Positions 49,917 through 60,344 of a DNA stretch of 64,000 nucleotides are shown here, piece by piece (position 1 is the stretch's first letter; every line of letters begins with the position of its first letter). Position numbers and translations under genes: made by a program. The notes beneath the pieces are model-generated. The model saw only the letters and a program-made list of their open reading frames with translations. It searched no databases and was not told where the DNA came from. This DNA comes from Limnochordia bacterium (lineage in GTDB: Bacteria; Bacillota; Limnochordia; DTU087; JAAYGB01), in contig JAWLBR010000005.1 of the NCBI GenBank assembly GCA_041687495.1, positions 601 to 64,600 of the forward strand. Reading direction: 5' to 3'.

Positions 49917-52900
49917 ATGCCCCGCGCAAACCTTAGGGAACTCCTCGGTCAGAGAATCCTGGTTTTGGATGGAGCCATGGGAACCCTTCTGCAGCAAGCT
50001 GAGCTGACCCGCCAAGACTTTGGCGATGAGCAGTATGAAGGCTGCAACGAAGTATTAAACATAACCAGACCGGACATTGTCGAGCGTGCTCACCGCCTGT
50101 ACTTGCAGGCCGGAGCTGACCTAATTGAGACAAATACCTTTGGTGGCAGTAGCATCGTCCTGGCCGAATACGGTCTAGCAGCAAGGGCAAGGGAGTTAAA
50201 CCAGGTGGCGGCCCAGATCGCCCGGCAAGCCGCGGATCAGATGTCCACCCTGGCACGACCCCGATTTGTCCTTGGCTCAATGGGGCCAACCACAAAGAGT
50301 CTTTCCCTCCGCACTGGAGATGTGACCTTTACTGATCTGGTTGCTGCTTATCAGGAGCAGGCAGAGGCGCTCCTCATGGGAGGGGTAGATGCACTGCTCA
50401 TTGAGACGGCCCAGGACACCCTCAACATTAAGGCTGCTGGAATAGGGATTAGCCAAGCGTTTCGGTCCACCTCATCAACTGTACCAATTATGATCTCTGC
50501 CACCGTCGAACCGATGGGTACAACCTTGGCCGGTCAAACTGTAGAAGCCTTGTACCTTTCCCTCGAGCACTTGCAGCCGGTGAGTATTGGAATCAACTGT
50601 GCAACTGGCCCAGAGCTGATGACCGCACACATTCAGACCCTGAGCCAGATCGCTCAGTGCGCCGTCAGCTGCCACCCCAATGCCGGTCTTCCCGACGAAA
50701 CGGGATGCTACCATGAGACACCCAAGGCTTTTGCGGAGAAGATGCGAGTCCTTGCCGAGAAAGGCTGGCTGAACATTGCCGGCGGATGTTGCGGAACGAC
50801 ACCGGAGCACATTCGGGCCCTAGCCCAGGCGCTGGACGGTGTCCTGCCGCGGCGTCCACCGGCGAAGCCCAGGACAAGCGCTCTTTCCGGCTTGGAACCG
50901 CTGTGGCTCGATCCGGGGCATCGCCCGTATCTGGTTGGGGAGCGCAACAACGTTATTGGGTCGAAACTTTTCCGCGAGCTGGTGGAACAGGAAGAATTTG
51001 ATGAAGCAGCGGATATTGCCCGCATGCAGGTGAGCAAAGGTGCCCAGTTGATTGATATTTGCTTAGCCAATCCTTCCCGTGATGAGCTGGCAGATCTGGA
51101 GAACTTTCTCCCCCACGCAGCCAACCGGGTTCGGGTTCCACTGATGATTGACTCAACCAATCCGGCAGTGATGGAAGCAGGCTTGCGCCGTACTCAAGGC
51201 AAGGGAGTGCTCAACTCCATCAACCTAGAAGATGGTATGCACAGATTTGAGCGGGGAGCTGCCTTGGCTCGGGAGTACGGCGCTGCGGTAGTAGTTGGTA
51301 CCATTGATGAGCAGGGTATGGCGCTCACCAAAGAACGCAAGCAGGAGGTGGCCCGGCGCTCTTACCGCATCTTGGTTGACGAGTTTGGCTTGCCGCCCCA
51401 AGATATTATCTTTGATCCCTTAGTTTTTCCCGTGGGCACCGGTGATGCGACCTACCGGATGGCAGCGGCTGAAACAGTCGCAGCCCTGCGCCAGTTCAAG
51501 AGGGAGTTCCCTCAGTGTCCGACTATCCTGGGCATCTCCAATGTCTCCTTCGGGCTGCCCCCCGCCGGGCGAGAGGTCCTCAACTCAGTGTTTCTATATC
51601 ACTGCACCCAAGCAGGACTGGACCTGGCCATTGTTAACCCAGAAAAGTTGCGCCGCTACCCCAGCATCTCCCAAGACGAGCGAGAACTGGCCGAAGCTGT
51701 ACTATTCAGCGGCGACGAGGATGCCATTACTTCATTTACTATCCATTTCCGCAATAAGTCAGCAAGCGAGCCGCCACGACCTAAGGTAACAATCTCGGCA
51801 AAAGAACGGCTGGCTCAAAAGGTAACCGAAGGTACCAAGATCGGCCTTAGCGAGGTGCTCGAAGAGCTTTTGCAGCACTTGACTCCAATACAGATCGTCA
51901 ACGGGCCGCTGCTAGAAGGCATGGCCCAGGTGGGGCTACTGTTTGACGCTCAGCAACTGATTGTAGCAGAGGTACTGCAGAGTGCCGAAGTGATGAAGGC
52001 AGCAGTGTCTTACCTTGAGCCCTACATGGGTAAAGACGAGGTAAGTACCCGGGGGACCCTCCTGCTCGCTACCGTTAAGGGCGATGTCCACGACATTGGC
52101 AAGAATTTAGTCAACGTTATCTTCAGCAACAATGGCTATAAGGTGGTGGACTTAGGCACAAAAGTGGGCCCGGAAGAGCTGATTGCCGCCTGCCGTCAGC
52201 ACCACCCTGACATCATCGGGCTATCTGGGCTCTTGGTGAAGTCGACTCAGCAAATGGCTTCCACGGCCGAGGCACTGCAGCTGGCTGGGATCGCCATTCC
52301 CTTGCTTGTCGGAGGGGCTGCACTCACTAGGGGCTTTACTGAAAGGCATATAGCCGCTAGATACGGCGGAGAGGTGATATACGCTAAGGATGCCATGGAT
52401 GGACTCAGATCGGCCAACAGGATCATGCTCGCAGATCAAGAACAGAGGGGTACTCCTGAACCTGAGGTTGATGTGGACGTTGTGCAGGGGGCATTGCCGC
52501 AAGCCCCGGACCAAGCAAAGCCCACGACCACAATATCTGCAAGGCTTAGTGCCGCTGATCATCGGCACTCCCGGGCTGACACGCCGGTGGATCCGACCAC
52601 CCCTTATCTGCCTGCGGACACCGAACGCCATTTGCTGCGAAATTACCCCCTTGAACAGCTGCAGCCATATATCAACTGGCAGCGTCTGTTGGGAAAACAC
52701 ATGGGGATTAGGGGCAATATTGCAGATCTAATCAATAGCGGGGATCGGCAAACCACAGAGCTGATGCAGGCTGCCCAGAACCTCCTGCGTGAGCTAAGCA
52801 AAAAGCAGAGAATTCAGGCCACCGGAATCTACCAGTTCTTCCCAGCCTGCGGGCAGGGAAATGAAATTCTCATCTACGCTCCCAACGATGACAGCCAAGT

Positions 52901-53387
52901 CATCTCTCGATTTCACATGCCCCGCCAACGGCAGGAACCTCATCTCTGCCTTGCCGACTTTCTCCGGGATGCCGGGCATCCCGGCACCGACTATCTCGGG
53001 ATGTTCGTGTTGACAACTGGGCACGGAGTTGCATCCCTGGCTAAGGAATGGACACAAGCCGGGCAATATGTGCGATCACATCTGATTCAGGCCTTGGCCC
53101 TAGAACTAGCGGAAGCATTTGCCGAGAGAATCCACGAGATTATGCGCGATGTCTGGGGGCTACCAAGGAGCGAAGACCGACTGCACCAGCCGAGCAAACA
53201 CCAAGGCATTCGGGTCTCCTTTGGATACCCGACCTGTCCAGACTTAACAGCTCAAAGGCAGCTCTTTGACCTCCTCCACCCGGAGGACATCGGAGTCGCC
53301 CTTACCGATAGCTGCATGATGGAGCCAGAGGCCTCCGTATCAGCATTGGTCTTTGCTCATCCCCAAGCCCGCTACTTCAGCGTCTAA
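49917..53387 (+). CDS. metH: Cobalamin-dependent methionine synthase, full-length including the AdoMet reactivation domain
   Basis: GGCCGTTPEHI (Hcy/Zn), a pterin-binding domain, GDVHDIGKN (DxHxxG B12 motif) and a C-terminal activation domain. ATG 49917 is preferred over the listed TTG 49809. Confidence 0.93.
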   Translation: MPRANLRELLGQRILVLDGAMGTLLQQAELTRQDFGDEQYEGCNEVLNITRPDIVERAHRLYLQAGADLIETNTFGGSSIVLAEYGLAARARELNQVAAQIARQAADQMSTLARPRFVLGSMGPTTKSLSLRTGDVTFTDLVAAYQEQAEALLMGGVDALLIETAQDTLNIKAAGIGISQAFRSTSSTVPIMISATVEPMGTTLAGQTVEALYLSLEHLQPVSIGINCATGPELMTAHIQTLSQIAQCAVSCHPNAGLPDETGCYHETPKAFAEKMRVLAEKGWLNIAGGCCGTTPEHIRALAQALDGVLPRRPPAKPRTSALSGLEPLWLDPGHRPYLVGERNNVIGSKLFRELVEQEEFDEAADIARMQVSKGAQLIDICLANPSRDELADLENFLPHAANRVRVPLMIDSTNPAVMEAGLRRTQGKGVLNSINLEDGMHRFERGAALAREYGAAVVVGTIDEQGMALTKERKQEVARRSYRILVDEFGLPPQDIIFDPLVFPVGTGDATYRMAAAETVAALRQFKREFPQCPTILGISNVSFGLPPAGREVLNSVFLYHCTQAGLDLAIVNPEKLRRYPSISQDERELAEAVLFSGDEDAITSFTIHFRNKSASEPPRPKVTISAKERLAQKVTEGTKIGLSEVLEELLQHLTPIQIVNGPLLEGMAQVGLLFDAQQLIVAEVLQSAEVMKAAVSYLEPYMGKDEVSTRGTLLLATVKGDVHDIGKNLVNVIFSNNGYKVVDLGTKVGPEELIAACRQHHPDIIGLSGLLVKSTQQMASTAEALQLAGIAIPLLVGGAALTRGFTERHIAARYGGEVIYAKDAMDGLRSANRIMLADQEQRGTPEPEVDVDVVQGALPQAPDQAKPTTTISARLSAADHRHSRADTPVDPTTPYLPADTERHLLRNYPLEQLQPYINWQRLLGKHMGIRGNIADLINSGDRQTTELMQAAQNLLRELSKKQRIQATGIYQFFPACGQGNEILIYAPNDDSQVISRFHMPRQRQEPHLCLADFLRDAGHPGTDYLGMFVLTTGHGVASLAKEWTQAGQYVRSHLIQALALELAEAFAERIHEIMRDVWGLPRSEDRLHQPSKHQGIRVSFGYPTCPDLTAQRQLFDLLHPEDIGVALTDSCMMEPEASVSALVFAHPQARYFSV

Positions 53388-53433
53388 CGCTGTCGGTTCG
53401 TTGGCCAATTTCACAGAAGCAAGGAGAACTACT

Positions 53434-55311
53434 ATGACCTTACCATTGAGCCTAAAGCAGTACTTATCCGACTCGCTCCTATTGGGAGACGGTGCGATGG
53501 CCACCTACCTTTACCAACAGGGAATTCCGGTCGGGATTTGTTACGAAGAGCTCTGCCTCTCTCAGCCCGAACTCATCGCCCAAGTGCATTTTGAGTACTA
53601 CCAGGCCGGAGCAAGATTAATTGAAACCAACACCTTTGGAGCCAACCGGGAGCGCCTATCCCGATACGGTTTGGAAAATAGAACTACTGAGATCAACGCC
53701 GCTGCAGCCAGCTTAGCTCGACAGTCGGTGGGGCCTGATGCCTACGTAGCCGGGAGTATTGGAGCTATCTCTGCGGGGCGAGTGGGCGAAGTCCCTGCGG
53801 CTGAGTACCAGCAGATGTATGTGGAGCAAGCTGAGGCTCTCTTAAGCGCTGATGTGGATGCCATCATACTAGAGACATTTCTGGACTTCAACGAGATGCT
53901 TCTGGCGCTTAAGGCCATTCGCCCATTGACCGAGCTCCCCATCGTGGCGCAGTTGGCAGTGATGGAGTTAACTGGAACGAAAGATGGGTATAGCTTAAGT
54001 ACGGCATTATCTCGTATGCTGGATGTCGGCGCTGATGTCGTCGGCCTCAATTGCCGCTTAGGCCCCTCCGAGATGGTCCGCTCACTGGCCGGTGCAGTTG
54101 TCCCGAAGCAGACCATCCTGTCTGCGTTTCCCAATGCCGGACGGTTGGGTATCTCGGAAGGTGAGTTCGCCTACAAATCCACTCCCGACTACTTTGCCGC
54201 CAGTGCTCTACGCCTGCGGGAACAGGGGGTGCGATTGCTAGGGGGATGTTGCGGCACCACGCCCAACCATATCAAGGCCATGGCCGCCGCCTTGCAGGGA
54301 TTGAAGCCCGTGCCCCACTGCAACTCATCTACTGCGCTCCAGGTGGAGCAACGTCAGGTACCAAGTCCTGAACCGCCGTCCAGGCAGCAGGCCTCCCCCT
54401 CTTTGGTGGATCTAGTCAAGTCTCGACACACTATCATCGTCGAATACGATCCACCACGGGATTTGGACCCGTCCGGGTTTCTCCGCGGAGCTAAAGTTTT
54501 GAGGGAAGCGGGCGCCGATCTGGTAACACTGGCCGATAACTCATTGGCCACAGTGCGCATGAGCAACATGGCTCTGGGGGCTCTGCTCAAATCCAAGGTG
54601 GGAATAGAACCTTTGGTGCATGTCGCCTGTCGAGATCGCAACCTTTTGGGGCAGCAGTCACACCTCATGGGACTGGATGCCTTGGGAATTCACCAAATCC
54701 TGGTGATCACCGGGGATCCCTCTCGCATTGGCGATTTGCCCGGAGCAAGTTCGGTCTATGACCTGACGTCTATTGAACTGATCAAGATGGCCAAGCAGAT
54801 GAATCAGGGCGTGTCCTTTTCCGGCCGTCGGTTAACAAAGACAGCGAGGTTTGTGGTGGGAGCTGCCTTCAATCCCAACGTCTCCAACCTCGAGGTAGCG
54901 CTCGAGAGACTGCAGCGCAAGATCGAGGCTGGAGCAGACTTTGTCATGACCCAGCCCGTATACGATCTGCAGACACTGCACAGAGTGTATGAAGCGGCTA
55001 AGGGACTAGCCATCCCGGTATTCATCGGTATCATGCCTATCACCAGTTACCGGAATGCGCAGTTTTTGCACAATGAAGTGCCAGGAATCAAAATCGCTTC
55101 CGGAGTGATGCAGCGTTTTCAGGCGCTGGAGGGAGAGCGGGCGCGGGCTGAGGGAGTAGCCATTGCCCGGGATCTGCTGGATCACGCCGTCAAGTTGTTC
55201 AAAGGCATCTACTTAATTACGCCCTTTGCCTACCACGGGATGACAGCTGCCTTAGCCCAACACGTAATCGCGCAGGCGAAGCAGGCTCCCCGTGGATCAG
55301 CCGAGGATTGA
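53434..55311 (+). CDS. yitJ: Bifunctional homocysteine S-methyltransferase / 5,10-methylenetetrahydrofolate reductase (YitJ-like)
   Basis: N-terminal Hcy-MT domain (GGCCGTTPNHI) and a C-terminal MTHFR domain. AAGGAGA upstream of ATG 53434. Confidence 0.9.
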   Translation: MTLPLSLKQYLSDSLLLGDGAMATYLYQQGIPVGICYEELCLSQPELIAQVHFEYYQAGARLIETNTFGANRERLSRYGLENRTTEINAAAASLARQSVGPDAYVAGSIGAISAGRVGEVPAAEYQQMYVEQAEALLSADVDAIILETFLDFNEMLLALKAIRPLTELPIVAQLAVMELTGTKDGYSLSTALSRMLDVGADVVGLNCRLGPSEMVRSLAGAVVPKQTILSAFPNAGRLGISEGEFAYKSTPDYFAASALRLREQGVRLLGGCCGTTPNHIKAMAAALQGLKPVPHCNSSTALQVEQRQVPSPEPPSRQQASPSLVDLVKSRHTIIVEYDPPRDLDPSGFLRGAKVLREAGADLVTLADNSLATVRMSNMALGALLKSKVGIEPLVHVACRDRNLLGQQSHLMGLDALGIHQILVITGDPSRIGDLPGASSVYDLTSIELIKMAKQMNQGVSFSGRRLTKTARFVVGAAFNPNVSNLEVALERLQRKIEAGADFVMTQPVYDLQTLHRVYEAAKGLAIPVFIGIMPITSYRNAQFLHNEVPGIKIASGVMQRFQALEGERARAEGVAIARDLLDHAVKLFKGIYLITPFAYHGMTAALAQHVIAQAKQAPRGSAED

Positions 55312-55317
55312 TGTCGA

Positions 55318-56061
55318 TTATGGCACAAAGGTCAGGAGCAGCAGTCCGGCTACCACCCCTGCAACTGCCCCAAACGTGCCCCCGTGCCCCCGGTCGGCCA
55401 GATTCTGCGCTTCTGGAATCAGTTCGTCGAAGACAATGTATAGCATAGCACCAGCGGCAAAACCTAGTGACAAAGACAACGCGACGGGGGAAACAGTTCC
55501 GAATCTAGCTCCCAGGTAAGCACCTATTCCCATTGGCAATCCAGCCAACGCAGCCAGAAGGGTGCACTTCACATAGCCGACACCGGCGATCACCATCGGA
55601 GCTGCCATTGCCATTCCCTCGGGGATATTCTGAATCACCATCGCCAGTACCAAGCTTAGACCAGTAACGTCGGATACGATAAAACCGGTACCAATGGCTA
55701 ACCCCTCAGGCAAGTTGTGCATTGTAATGCCCAACCCAAGAATCGCCCCAGTCTTCAAAAACCGAGACTTTTCACTGTCCTCGGAGAAAAAGTGAGTATG
55801 CGGAAGGAGCACGTCTAGCAGTGCAATCAGAAGAACACCCAACAGCAGTCCAGCGAACGTTACCAGCTCACCGCCAATATGCAAGGCCTCTGGTAGTAGG
55901 TCGGCAAATATGATCGCCAACATGATTCCACCAGAAAACCCTAAGACAAAGCTTAACAACTTGTTACCCGGTCGGCCCAAAATGACGGTGAGTAGTCCTC
56001 CGAGTCCGGTACCGACAATCCCAGCAAAAACCCCAATCCGAGCTATCTCGTATGCGTTCAT
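55318..56061 (-). CDS. zupT: ZIP-family zinc transporter (ZupT-like)
   Basis: HNLPEGLAIG and QNIPEGMAMA motifs, with 8 TM segments. Confidence 0.85.
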   Translation of the reverse strand: MNAYEIARIGVFAGIVGTGLGGLLTVILGRPGNKLLSFVLGFSGGIMLAIIFADLLPEALHIGGELVTFAGLLLGVLLIALLDVLLPHTHFFSEDSEKSRFLKTGAILGLGITMHNLPEGLAIGTGFIVSDVTGLSLVLAMVIQNIPEGMAMAAPMVIAGVGYVKCTLLAALAGLPMGIGAYLGARFGTVSPVALSLSLGFAAGAMLYIVFDELIPEAQNLADRGHGGTFGAVAGVVAGLLLLTFVP

Positions 56062-56175
56062 GAAACTTGGGTTTCTCCTTTCCGCTCACACCTGCTGTCT
56101 CAGACTCATCTGGACTATAGCTAGGTCTACGATCTCATCTACAGTTAATGGCTTTGATAAAGGAGCTGTGCCATC

Positions 56176-56772
56176 ATGGAACAAACTTGGCTGAACTCAG
56201 ACATGTTTCAATGGGTGGTACTCCCCATCCTTATCTTTTGTGCCAGGGTTCTCGACGTATCCATTGGCACTATTCGCATCATATTCGTGTCCAAGGGGCA
56301 AAAAGTACTAGCTCCCCTTTTAGGCTTCTGCGAGATCCTGATTTGGCTCATAGCCATCGGGCAGGTAATGAATAACTTGAGCAATGCAATGGCCTACATC
56401 GCCTACGCCGGCGGTTTTGCTGCTGGTAACTATGTTGGCCTGACCATCGAAGAACGACTGGCCATAGGGTACCTCGTGGTCAGGATTATCACTCCGAAGG
56501 CCGGGGACAAACTGTTCGGCGCCTTGACCGAGGCCGGATTTGGAGCTACGAAGGTAGAGGCCACCGGCGCCCGTGGTCCAGCCACACTGATCTACTCGGT
56601 CATTCGGCGAAAAAGCTTGGATGAACTAGTTGAGATCATCCACGCCCAGTCGCCAAAGGCTTTCTACTCCATTGAGGATGCCCGGGTTACCAACGAAGGG
56701 ATTTTTCCGTCGCCTTCAGTGACCGGACGCTTCCGGCTCACCGCGATGTCTGGTCGTCGCAAAAGAAAGTAG
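56176..56772 (+). CDS. UPF0316/DUF2179-family membrane protein
   Basis: ARVLDVSIGTIRIIFVSKG N-terminal motif and a C-terminal DUF2179-like domain. The start is possibly ATG 56203. Confidence 0.75.
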   Translation: MEQTWLNSDMFQWVVLPILIFCARVLDVSIGTIRIIFVSKGQKVLAPLLGFCEILIWLIAIGQVMNNLSNAMAYIAYAGGFAAGNYVGLTIEERLAIGYLVVRIITPKAGDKLFGALTEAGFGATKVEATGARGPATLIYSVIRRKSLDELVEIIHAQSPKAFYSIEDARVTNEGIFPSPSVTGRFRLTAMSGRRKRK

Positions 56773-56852
56773 TCTCCTTGGAACTTTGCCTCCACAGACA
56801 AGGCTGAGAACGACCAAGGCTTTACGCCCAGCTGCTCTCAGCCTATGCAATC

Positions 56853-58652
56853 TTACGCGATAGACCCTTCTCTCAGGCCCCGTTCCTGATACATCTCCTC
56901 CAGCGCGTCTCGGTCAAATTGTGCCTTGTATAGCAGCGAGTAAATACCCCCGGTCCCGACTAGCTCCGCATGGCTTCCATGCTCTCTGATCTTACCATCA
57001 GTCACTACCGCAATTAGGTCTGCATGCTTGACAGTAGACAGGCGGTGAGCGATGATGACTGTTGTGCGGTCTTGGGACAAGCGCTCCAGGGCTTCTTGAA
57101 TCTCCATCTCCGTGGTGGTGTCTAGAGCCGAAGTGGCCTCATCCAGTATGAGAATGGGAGGGTTCTTCAGGAATACCCGTGCGATGGATACTCGCTGCTT
57201 CTGACCTCCAGAAAGCTTGATACCCCGCTCTCCCACGTAGGTCTCATACCCATCTTGCAGCGACATAATGAAGTCATGGATTCTGGCGTTCTTCGCTGCT
57301 TCCACAATTTGCTCATCGGTGGCTTCTGGATTCCCGTACAGGATATTTTCCTTGATTGTACCGGTGAAAAGAAATACGTCCTGCTGCACCAGGCCAATAT
57401 TGCGCCGCAGGGATTCCAGAGTTATATCTCGCACGTCGCTGCCATCCACCAGGATCTGTCCCTCACTGACATCATAGAACCGCGGAATCAGATGACATAG
57501 CGTCGTCTTCCCTCCACCCGATGGTCCAACCAGCGCCACGGTCTGCCCTGGCCGAATATCCAGGTTGATGTCCGTCAGAACATCAGAACCCTCTTGATAC
57601 CGGAACGAAACGTTCTTCAGTTCGATATGCCCTTTAGCGTTCTCCAGCTGCTGGGCATCAGGGCGATCCACGATCGAGGGATCCACCGCCATCAACTCAA
57701 GGAAGCGTTCAAATCCGGTCATTCCCTGTTGGAACTGCTGCGTAAATGCTGTTAAGCGGTGAATTGGCTGTAGGAAGAACCGGACAAACATCAAGTACGC
57801 GGTGAGGTCAGCCAAGTCAATATATCCCCGGTAGGTATAGATACCACCGGCCACCAGTACTGTCACGTCAAGCAAGTTGGTTAGGAAGTTCATCCCCGAT
57901 GAATACTCTGCCATAGCCTTAAAGGCTCGCTGCCTGGCATTACGAAAAAGGGAATTAGCTCCATCGAACCGCTTCTTTTCGTACCCTTCGTTGGTAAAGC
58001 TCTTGGCGACGCGAATCCCGGACAAACTGTTCTCCAGCTCAGCGTTCACGTCGGCTATCTTTCTGCGCTCTTCCATAAACGCATCGCGCATTACCTTCCG
58101 CCTGGAGATAGCATACCAGGCTATAATTGGGACAAACGCGAAGGCGATCAGGGTCAGCGTCAGGTTGATCCGAGCCAGGTACCAGAAAGATCCCACAAAC
58201 ATCAAAGTTGCGATCAAGAGATCCTCTGGGCCATGGTGGGCCAACTCAGATATGTCCCGTAGGTCATTGACGATCCGGGACATTAGGTATCCAACTTTAG
58301 TGTCATCAAAGAACCGGAAGTCTTGAGTCTGCAGGTGGGTAAACAGATCCCGACGCATGTGGTATTCCATCCGGACGCCGACTACGTGCCCCCAGTAGTT
58401 GATGATGTACTGCCCCACTAACCTGACCAGGTACAGCGCCACCAAAATCCCACCAAACACCAAGATCGAACGCAGGCGCTGGTTGGGGATGAAGTCTTTC
58501 ATAAATAGCCTTGATACCATAGGAAATATGAGATCCAGCCCAGCGATGCCGCTGGCACAAATCATATCCAGAAGGAACAACTTCCATTCTGGCTTGTAAT
58601 ACGCAGCAAACTTTCTTATTCTGCCCATGCTTGTCGTCTTCTCCTCCTCCAT
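56853..58652 (-). CDS. ABC exporter, fused permease/ATPase (MsbA/MdlB-like)
   Basis: 6-TM domain, Walker A GPSGGGKTT, LSGGQKQR and ILILDEATSALD. Confidence 0.9.
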   Translation of the reverse strand: MEEEKTTSMGRIRKFAAYYKPEWKLFLLDMICASGIAGLDLIFPMVSRLFMKDFIPNQRLRSILVFGGILVALYLVRLVGQYIINYWGHVVGVRMEYHMRRDLFTHLQTQDFRFFDDTKVGYLMSRIVNDLRDISELAHHGPEDLLIATLMFVGSFWYLARINLTLTLIAFAFVPIIAWYAISRRKVMRDAFMEERRKIADVNAELENSLSGIRVAKSFTNEGYEKKRFDGANSLFRNARQRAFKAMAEYSSGMNFLTNLLDVTVLVAGGIYTYRGYIDLADLTAYLMFVRFFLQPIHRLTAFTQQFQQGMTGFERFLELMAVDPSIVDRPDAQQLENAKGHIELKNVSFRYQEGSDVLTDINLDIRPGQTVALVGPSGGGKTTLCHLIPRFYDVSEGQILVDGSDVRDITLESLRRNIGLVQQDVFLFTGTIKENILYGNPEATDEQIVEAAKNARIHDFIMSLQDGYETYVGERGIKLSGGQKQRVSIARVFLKNPPILILDEATSALDTTTEMEIQEALERLSQDRTTVIIAHRLSTVKHADLIAVVTDGKIREHGSHAELVGTGGIYSLLYKAQFDRDALEEMYQERGLREGSIA

Positions 58653-59065
58653 AACAGCCTCTCAGTTACAGGCGGTGTCAATCAACAACAAAGGTCGAGG
58701 CTCCCACGCGTGAGTTACGTGGCAGCCCCTCGCCTCCGAAATCTTTTCATCTGCAATGCTACCAAGCGACCTGATACCACAGCACAAATGTGAGACCGTG
58801 ACTCCAGTTTCTCCCGCCAACCTATATCCACAGCTTCCCCCCTAGCGTGCGTCAACACAAATAGTCTTGTTTGTTAGCTTCTCGTTAAGAGAGTGATTTC
58901 CTTTTTCACTTCAATCGTTAAGAGCCGGAAAATGTAAACGGGTATTGCTGCAATTTTCCCCGTTTTGCAAAATACAACTGGAACTGAAGCGGGAATTTGG
59001 CGGTCAACTGCGAAGTAAGAGATCTAGACGGAGTCAGGACAGCAACTACGAAGGGAAGTGCGACT

Positions 59066-60301
59066 ATGGGCATGGTAGTTAGGCAGATCGACCCTGCAAA
59101 TCCGCAGGAGTTGGAGCGATATTACGATATCAGCTTTCAGGCATTCAATGTCAACAGCGCCCCACCCGAGGTGCGCCGAGCTATGAGGGAACAGGAATAC
59201 GCCAAGCCTGAGGATACCCAAGCTGTGTTTGACGGTCAGGAATTGCTGGCCGGCTTGGTGGCACACAACATGAAAATGTACGCTGGTACATCCGTACTGC
59301 CCATGGGCGGAATCGCCTCGGTGGCCTGCCCACCCGAGTACAGGAGAAGAGGCGCCACTGCGCTGCTGCTAAGGAAAACGCTAGAACGGATGCGGGCTAA
59401 TGGGCAGGCAGTATCGATGCTCTACCCATTCAAGTTCGTTTTCTATCGCAAGTATGGCTGGGAGCTTGGCGGCAGGAGAATTCACTATACCATTCCACTA
59501 ACCGAGCTCAGCTGTTTTCTTCCGGCGCAGGGATGTGCTCGTCGGGCAACTAAAGAGCAGTACGCGCAGCTAAACCGCCTCTACGACGGTTGGGCATCGG
59601 CCCGAGTTGGAACGCTGGCTCGGGATGAGGAACATTGGCAGCGGCGGATTCTCTCAGATTCCGTCAGCAAAGAGTTTAAGTACATATACCTATGGTATCC
59701 GGATCAAGAATGCGATGAAGCTGAAGGCTACGTCATCTACACTATCAAGACGGATAAAGGCCGAGTGCTTCAAGTTAGGGAGTTGGGATACGTTACCCAA
59801 CGGGCGTACGAGGGACTATGGGGCTTACTGGCAAACCACGACTCACAAGCGGACAAGGTAGAGGTTAACCTTCCCACCGACGATCCGCTGATGCACATCA
59901 TCGCCAATCCTCGAGTTGAGGCCAAGCTTGAGCCGACTTTCATGTTTCGAATCGTCGACTTAATTCCAGCACTACAAGCTCGACCGTTCGGAGTCACCAC
60001 ACTGAACCTTCGTCTCAACGTGACTGACTCCCAATGCCCCTGGAACACCGGGAGTTTCCAAGTCCAAATTCAGGGCGGAGCGGCGACAGTAACCCAGTGC
60101 GACGCAACTGGCTCAGTGGAGGCCGATTGTGCTGAACTGGCCCTGGACATCCAAGCCCTCAGCCAGCTGTACACAGGAGTGCTAACTCCCTCTCAGGGCA
60201 TCTGTCTTGGCAAGATCAGTTATACAGGCAGCGACACTTTGCTCCCCGAGTTGGACAAAGCCTTTGCCAACCTGAGTGGATACACCAACGATTTCTTCTA
60301 A
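59066..60301 (+). CDS. GNAT acetyltransferase with C-terminal sterol-carrier-like domain (Eis-like)
   Basis: YRRRGATALLL acetyl-CoA motif. About 410 aa three-domain Eis-like layout. ATG 59066 has GAAGGGAAG upstream. Confidence 0.78.
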   Translation: MGMVVRQIDPANPQELERYYDISFQAFNVNSAPPEVRRAMREQEYAKPEDTQAVFDGQELLAGLVAHNMKMYAGTSVLPMGGIASVACPPEYRRRGATALLLRKTLERMRANGQAVSMLYPFKFVFYRKYGWELGGRRIHYTIPLTELSCFLPAQGCARRATKEQYAQLNRLYDGWASARVGTLARDEEHWQRRILSDSVSKEFKYIYLWYPDQECDEAEGYVIYTIKTDKGRVLQVRELGYVTQRAYEGLWGLLANHDSQADKVEVNLPTDDPLMHIIANPRVEAKLEPTFMFRIVDLIPALQARPFGVTTLNLRLNVTDSQCPWNTGSFQVQIQGGAATVTQCDATGSVEADCAELALDIQALSQLYTGVLTPSQGICLGKISYTGSDTLLPELDKAFANLSGYTNDFF

Positions 60302-60340
60302 GAAGTAAGGGCCGGGACTTAGTATCCGGCCCTTACTTCT
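60301..60340. terminator. Bidirectional 15-bp hairpin
   Basis: AGAAGTAAGGGCCGG...CCGGCCCTTACTTCT, overlapping the GNAT stop codon. Confidence 0.75.
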
Positions 60341-60344
60341 TCAT

